In this document: positions 63,375 to 64,000 of the stretch, piece by piece
How the letters are laid out: each line of letters opens with the position of its first letter
Position numbering within the stretch: position 1 is the stretch's first letter
Assembly (NCBI GenBank): GCA_038087875.1
Contig: CM075993.1
Coordinates: 10,604,001-10,668,000 of the forward strand
Length of the DNA stretch: 64,000 nt
Origin: Malacoraja senta
Taxonomy: Eukaryota
Reading direction: 5' to 3'
The notes under the pieces: model-generated
What the model was told of the DNA's origin: nothing
The model's database searches: none
What the model saw: the letters and a program-made list of their open reading frames with translations, nothing else
Translations under genes and position numbers: made by a program

Positions 63375-63780
63375 GTTCAGGGAGCTGGAAAGCGGCAGTC
63401 TCGGTGCAGAGGCTCGGTGTGGAGGAAGGAGGAGGCGGGGGAAGAGGGAGGGGAAGGGGGGCGGGCAGGAAGGGGAGGAGGAGGAGGAGGAGAGCACGGA
63501 ACAGGCGGCCAGCGGGCTCCGCCTCACGACGCCGCCTCCGCCGCCGCCATCTTCTCGGGCCTAGTCCGTGCCTTGCAGCCTGGCCTCATCCCCCGCCCGC
63601 CGGCCTGCCTGCCTGCTGACCGGGGGAACGAGAGAGAGAGAGAGGAAAGGAGGGTGGCTGGATGCAGGCTTTATTGTTAATGGGGATGGAGAGCGAGAGA
63701 CAGAAGGGTCTGACTGCGATTAAGCAGCGACTTTTGGTCGCTGGCCGTTGGTCCCTCGTTAACCGCCGCCCGGCCGGCTG

Positions 63781-64000
63781 GTCTCCGTGGCAACGATTGT
63801 TCCCCCCCCCCCTCGTCTCGCCCCCCTCCCCCAGGTCTCCGTGGCAACGGTTGCCTTCTCTCCCCCCCCCGGTTTCCATGACAACGATTGTTTCTAAGCC
63901 CGTGGCAACGATCCCCCCTCCCCGCCGACAATTTCCATGGCAACGATTGTCTTCCCCACCCCCCCGCCGACAATTTCCATGGCAACGATTGTCTTCCCCT
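63781..64000. repeat. Minisatellite of RFX X-box-like motifs
   Basis: Six units containing (GT/AT)(T/C)TCC(A/G)TG(G/A)CAAC-like 14-mers at 63781, 63835, 63872, 63896 (degenerate), 63931 and 63973, mostly followed by GATTG and C runs. Confidence 0.7.

Larger units (their letters stand above)
62940..64000 (-). promoter_or_regulatory. CpG island / promoter and 5' UTR of USP3
   Basis: Sharp rise in GC and CpG around exon 1; GC box GGGGCGGG near 63457; YY1-type CCGCCATCTT at 63544-63553. Confidence 0.85.

Noticed and set aside
63218..63680. Plus-strand ORFs opposite exon 1
   Set aside because: CpG-island low-complexity artefacts; no splice or homology support for an antisense coding gene.
63781..64000. 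CRISPR-like repeat-spacer appearance
   Set aside because: Eukaryotic context, degenerate repeats, low-complexity related spacers and no cas genes.

Overview
Eukaryotic, intron-rich vertebrate DNA. The repeat content (tRNA-derived HE1/V-SINE-like SINEs, CR1/HER1-like LINEs, Rex1/Babar, Penelope) suggests a cartilaginous fish such as a skate or ray; this is an inference. The only host gene I can support is USP3 (ubiquitin-specific protease 3) on the minus strand. Its promoter/CpG island lies at about 62.9-64 kb and coding exons 1-11 run from 63374 down to 406, all with GT-AG junctions in compatible phases. The remaining exons (His box) lie left of the window. Exon 1 lacks one C in a homopolymer and exon 2 runs into a 200-N gap; both are probably assembly artefacts. 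The introns are dense with transposable elements. Most notable: (1) a 3-kb non-autonomous P-superfamily element with about 32-bp TIRs, an 8-bp TSD and a decayed THAP N-terminus, which carries inside it a TSD-flanked 25-bp excision footprint fitting the 17-nt staggered cut of P transposase; (2) many Penelope-derived fold-back elements carrying minimal type-I hammerhead ribozyme cores; (3) DNA transposons with unusual 5-bp and 7-bp TSDs; (4) a nested IR/DR Tc1; (5) a minisatellite of six RFX X-box-like motifs and a YY1-overlapping uORF at the USP3 promoter. Most ORFs in the supplied track are TE fragments or spurious. TE boundaries without a stated TSD are approximate.
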